Below are positions 59,868 through 64,000 of a stretch of DNA of 64,000 nucleotides, piece after piece. The stretch's first letter is position 1. Each line of letters opens with the position of its first letter. The notes beneath the pieces were generated by a model that was not told the DNA's origin, made no database searches, and was given only the letters and a program-made list of their open reading frames with translations. The position numbers were made by a program, and so were the translations under genes. Source of the stretch: the human T2T-CHM13v2.0 reference genome, Homo sapiens; assembly GCF_009914755.1 (NCBI RefSeq), contig NC_060926.1; one strand, written 5' to 3'.

Positions 59868-60431
59868 TGTGTGTGTATGTGTATGTATAATACATGTACT
59901 ATTAAATGACACATTTGTAAGTTGTAAGTTGCATTTTCAAGGTGAACTCACTAGAAGCCTGGATTTTTATCCTACCCTTCTGTTATATTAGCATGTTTCA
60001 ATAAAGATAAGACCTTAGATGTTCAGTTTTTAGAAATAACACAAAGGTGAAAAAAGGAACACATAACAACATGTGAATTTCAAAGAGAGAGTGGATTTGT
60101 AGCAATTGTATTAGAGAGGCTAAATACCAGAACGGATTGAGGCTTGAAAATAACATACCATTAAACATATACATAAAATAGCTTTTAGATTCTCTAGGAG
60201 CAAAAAGAAGAAGGGCATTCCCAGTTGCTTTGTTACAATGCCAGAATATTAGATTAAAAACAAAAACAAACAAAAAAGGCAGAGGTTGTTGACTCATATT
60301 TCTTTCACAGTTTTCTACAAGAGAAATTCTCCTCCAAGTGAGGATGAAATGTAAATATTGTTAAAGAAGACTTGAATCTAAGTTCAGTAATAAAATAGGA
60401 GAGCTTGTTATTTAGCCTTCTAGGCTCAGGA

Positions 60432-60723
<292 letters not shown>

Positions 60724-61025
60724 TTATAATCAACAAGCTATTGATGGCAACCTATAAAGATACAGGTGAAATAAATGAGCTGCAAGTAATCATGATGTTT
60801 ATGAACAAGAAAACCTCAGAGTTTAGAAACTATGAACTGTTAATTTCACCTGAATTTGAAGCAAAATCTATTACAGACATCTCAGTAACCTAAAATGTCA
60901 TTTCCTAGAAACAAGAGTAGGCTCATTAAAAGCAAATCACTTCCTCACAACTTTATTTCTACACTTTTATTAGATTATTCTATTAATTGATCAAAGTCAT
61001 GCTGAAACCACATATATATCAGTAA

Positions 61026-61431
<406 letters not shown>

Positions 61432-62429
61432 TTATTCATAATTTTTAAACTAACTATCCCTGTAGATTAGTGGATACATGGGCACCTGGAGTAAACTATC
61501 TTAGTGGTTTGCTTCTTCTGTCTCAATATTTGCATCCTTATATTTGTTTGATATTTTTTATTGACGACTTTAAGTGAAGTGTTGTTAATGCCCCCAAACT
61601 GAAAAGATATATGTAGGCATTGAATGGCAGGATCAAAGCTGAGGAGATCCTGACAAGCCATTTAGATAGGTTGAAACCCTTCAAGATTAGCTCTATCAGG
61701 GAAGAATGTAAGATCTTGTTTTTAACTAGTTAAAGTCGACTGCATACAGAAGAAAGGAAAAGGGTTTTTGTGAATCAAATCCATGGATTTAAAAAAGCAA
61801 TAGGCTGTGTGTGCCTAATGTGTTTGGCAGCTGATACAGTCCTTCATGACATTAAGAGAGCTATGACACACCCTCATCAGGAATGTAGTGCTCAGTTCTA
61901 AGGATCAGCTTTTAAGAGTCATCAACTGCTATAAGTAACAAGGATGTGGGCAGAAGCTCCAGGCAGGTAGATTTTAGCTTAGAATAGAAAATAATTTTCT
62001 AATTGTTATTTCATTTTTTTATGAGAGGTTGTTTCAAAAGTCCTTAATTCACTCCCTTTTATTTAAACTGTGTAAGCTGTTATTGAAAGTCTGTTAAGAC
62101 ACACAGAAAGGATCCTTGCTTTGAGTACGAGTTTGGAGTAGATGTTCTTTATGTTCTTCCACACAATTCTAAACTTGTATACTCTATTTGTCCATAATAT
62201 TGCAACATTTACTTTTCAATTTATATAAGTATTGATCTTCTTTTCTATGGTTGCTGTTAAGCAGAAGGAATATTTCCACTAGGATGAGAAATATGAACTT
62301 GTTACTGGCCTATTTTGAATTCCTTTCCTATGTTATCATCTTTGATTGTTCCATATAATTTTGATTGAAAGTGTCATAGAGGTAATCTGCAAATGGTACT
62401 GCTCAAACCAGCTTCCTGTTAGAGATGTC

Positions 62430-64000
62430 TCATTTTGTAGCTTTTGGAGTATAAGTGGGTTTTGGGTTGTTGTTGTTGTTGTTGTTCTTTGTTTTTGAGA
62501 CAGATCTCACTCTGTCTCCTAGGCTAGAATGCAGTGGTATGATCATGGCTCACTGCAGCCTTGACCTCCCCGACTCAGGTAATTCTCTAACCTCAGCCTC
62601 CTAAGTAGCTGGGACTCTAGGCGTGTGCCATGATGCCCAGCTAGTTTTTTGTGTATTTGTAGAGCTAAGATCTCATTATTTTGCCCAAGCTGGTCTTGAA
62701 CTCCCAGGCTTAAGTGATCCTCCCACCTTGGCCTCCCAAAGTACTGAGATTACAGGTGTGAGCCACCACTCCTGGCACAAGGGGTTTTTGGTTACGTAGA
62801 CGAATTGTATAGTGGTGAAATCTAAGATTTTAGTGCATTTGACATCTAAGTAGTGTATATTGTACCCAATATGTAGTTTTTAATCCTTCACCCCCCTCAC
62901 CCTCTCCCAATTCTGAGTCTCCAAAGTCCATTATTTCACTCTGTATGTCTTTGTGTACCCATAGCTTATCTCCAATTATAAATGAGAACATACAATATTA
63001 GTTTTATTCATTCCTGAATTACTTCATTCAGAATAATGGCCTCTAGCTCCATCCAAGTTGCTGCAAAAGACATTATTTCATTCTTTTTATAGCTGAGTAG
63101 TATTCCATGGTGTATAGATACCACATTTTCTTCATCCACTCATTAGTTGATGGGCACTTAGGTTGGTACCATATCTTTGCAATTGTGTATTTTGCAACAA
63201 TAAACATATGCATGTGGGTGCTTTTTGATATATTCACTTCTTTTCCTTTGGGTAGATACCCAGTAGTGAGATTGCTAGATCAAATAGTAAATCTACTTTT
63301 AGTCCTTTGAGAATACTCCATACTGTTTTCCTTAAAGGTTGCACTAGTTTACATCCCCACCAGCAGTTTTTAAGCATTCCCTTCTCACCACATCCATACC
63401 AACATTTATTGTTTTTTGACTTTTTAATAGTGGTCATTCTTGCAGGAGTAAGGTGTATCTCATTGTGGTTTTAATTTGCATTTCCCTGATGATTAGTGAT
63501 ATTGAGCATTTTCTTCATACATTTATTGGCCATCGGTATATCTTCTTTTGAGAGCTGCCTATTCATGTCATTTGCCCACTTTTTAATGGGATTATTTATT
63601 TTTTTTCTTGCAGATTTGTTTGAGTTGCTTGTAGATTCTGGATATTGGTCCTTTGTTGGATGCATAGTTTGCAAATATTTTCTCCCATTTCATGGGTTTT
63701 CTGTTTATTCCAATGATTATTATTTTGCCATGTACAAGCTTTTTGGTTTAAATAAATCCCATTTATATATTTTTGTTTTTGTTGCATTTGCTTTTGAGGT
63801 CTTAGTCATGAATTCTTTGCCTAGGCCAATGTCTTACAGAGTTTTTCCTAGGTTATCTTATAGAATTTTTATGGCTTCAGGTCTTAGATTTAAGACTCTG
63901 ATCCATCTTGACTTGATTTTTATATATAGTGAGAGGTAGGGACCCAGTTTTCTCTACATGTGGCTTGCCAGTTTTCCTAGCACCATTTATTGAATAGGGT
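62430..64000 (-). mobile_element. L1PB-like LINE-1 3' portion, running off the window end
   Basis: ORF2 C-terminal remnants ([36 protein letters not shown]) and an L1PB-type 3' UTR. Confidence 0.85.
62467..62776 (-). mobile_element. AluJ nested in the L1PB 3' end
   Basis: AluJ features with (CAA)n tail. Flanks AAGTGGGTTTTGGGTT / AAGGGGTTTTTGGTT look like a decayed TSD and rejoin into L1 3' UTR. Confidence 0.88.

Overview
This is primate, almost certainly human, genomic DNA (it carries a consensus-identical AluYa5). It is AT-rich and repeat-dense, and nearly all ORF-track entries are repeat-derived or spurious. The only host gene I recognise is PPP1R1C (protein phosphatase 1 inhibitor subunit 1C / IPP5, of the inhibitor-1/DARPP-32 family) on the + strand. 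Coding exon 1 is 9896-9976 and exon 2 is 11624-11684, with an in-frame alternative acceptor at 11603. The rest of the window looks like a long intron 2 holding a full-length antisense L1PA2-like element, an old full-length L1MA, an L1PB 3' part, eleven Alus plus a fragment, MaLR/ERV solo LTRs, MIR/L2 relics and a half MADE1. I do not see a new enzymatic system. The most notable signals are: (1) the L1PA2 carries a ~210-bp 3' transduction with a second poly(A), bracketed by an 11-bp TSD; (2) its antisense promoter points down the host gene and has a splice donor mutated to CAG|GTGAGT, with a frame-preserving, ATG-bearing cryptic AluJ exon downstream; (3) a chain of templated inverted insertions with fold-back junctions lies at 1.4-3.45 kb; (4) ORF2 is broken by only two nonsense changes, leaving a 497-aa product with an intact endonuclease. 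Repeat subfamily names come from remembered consensus features, not from a RepeatMasker run.
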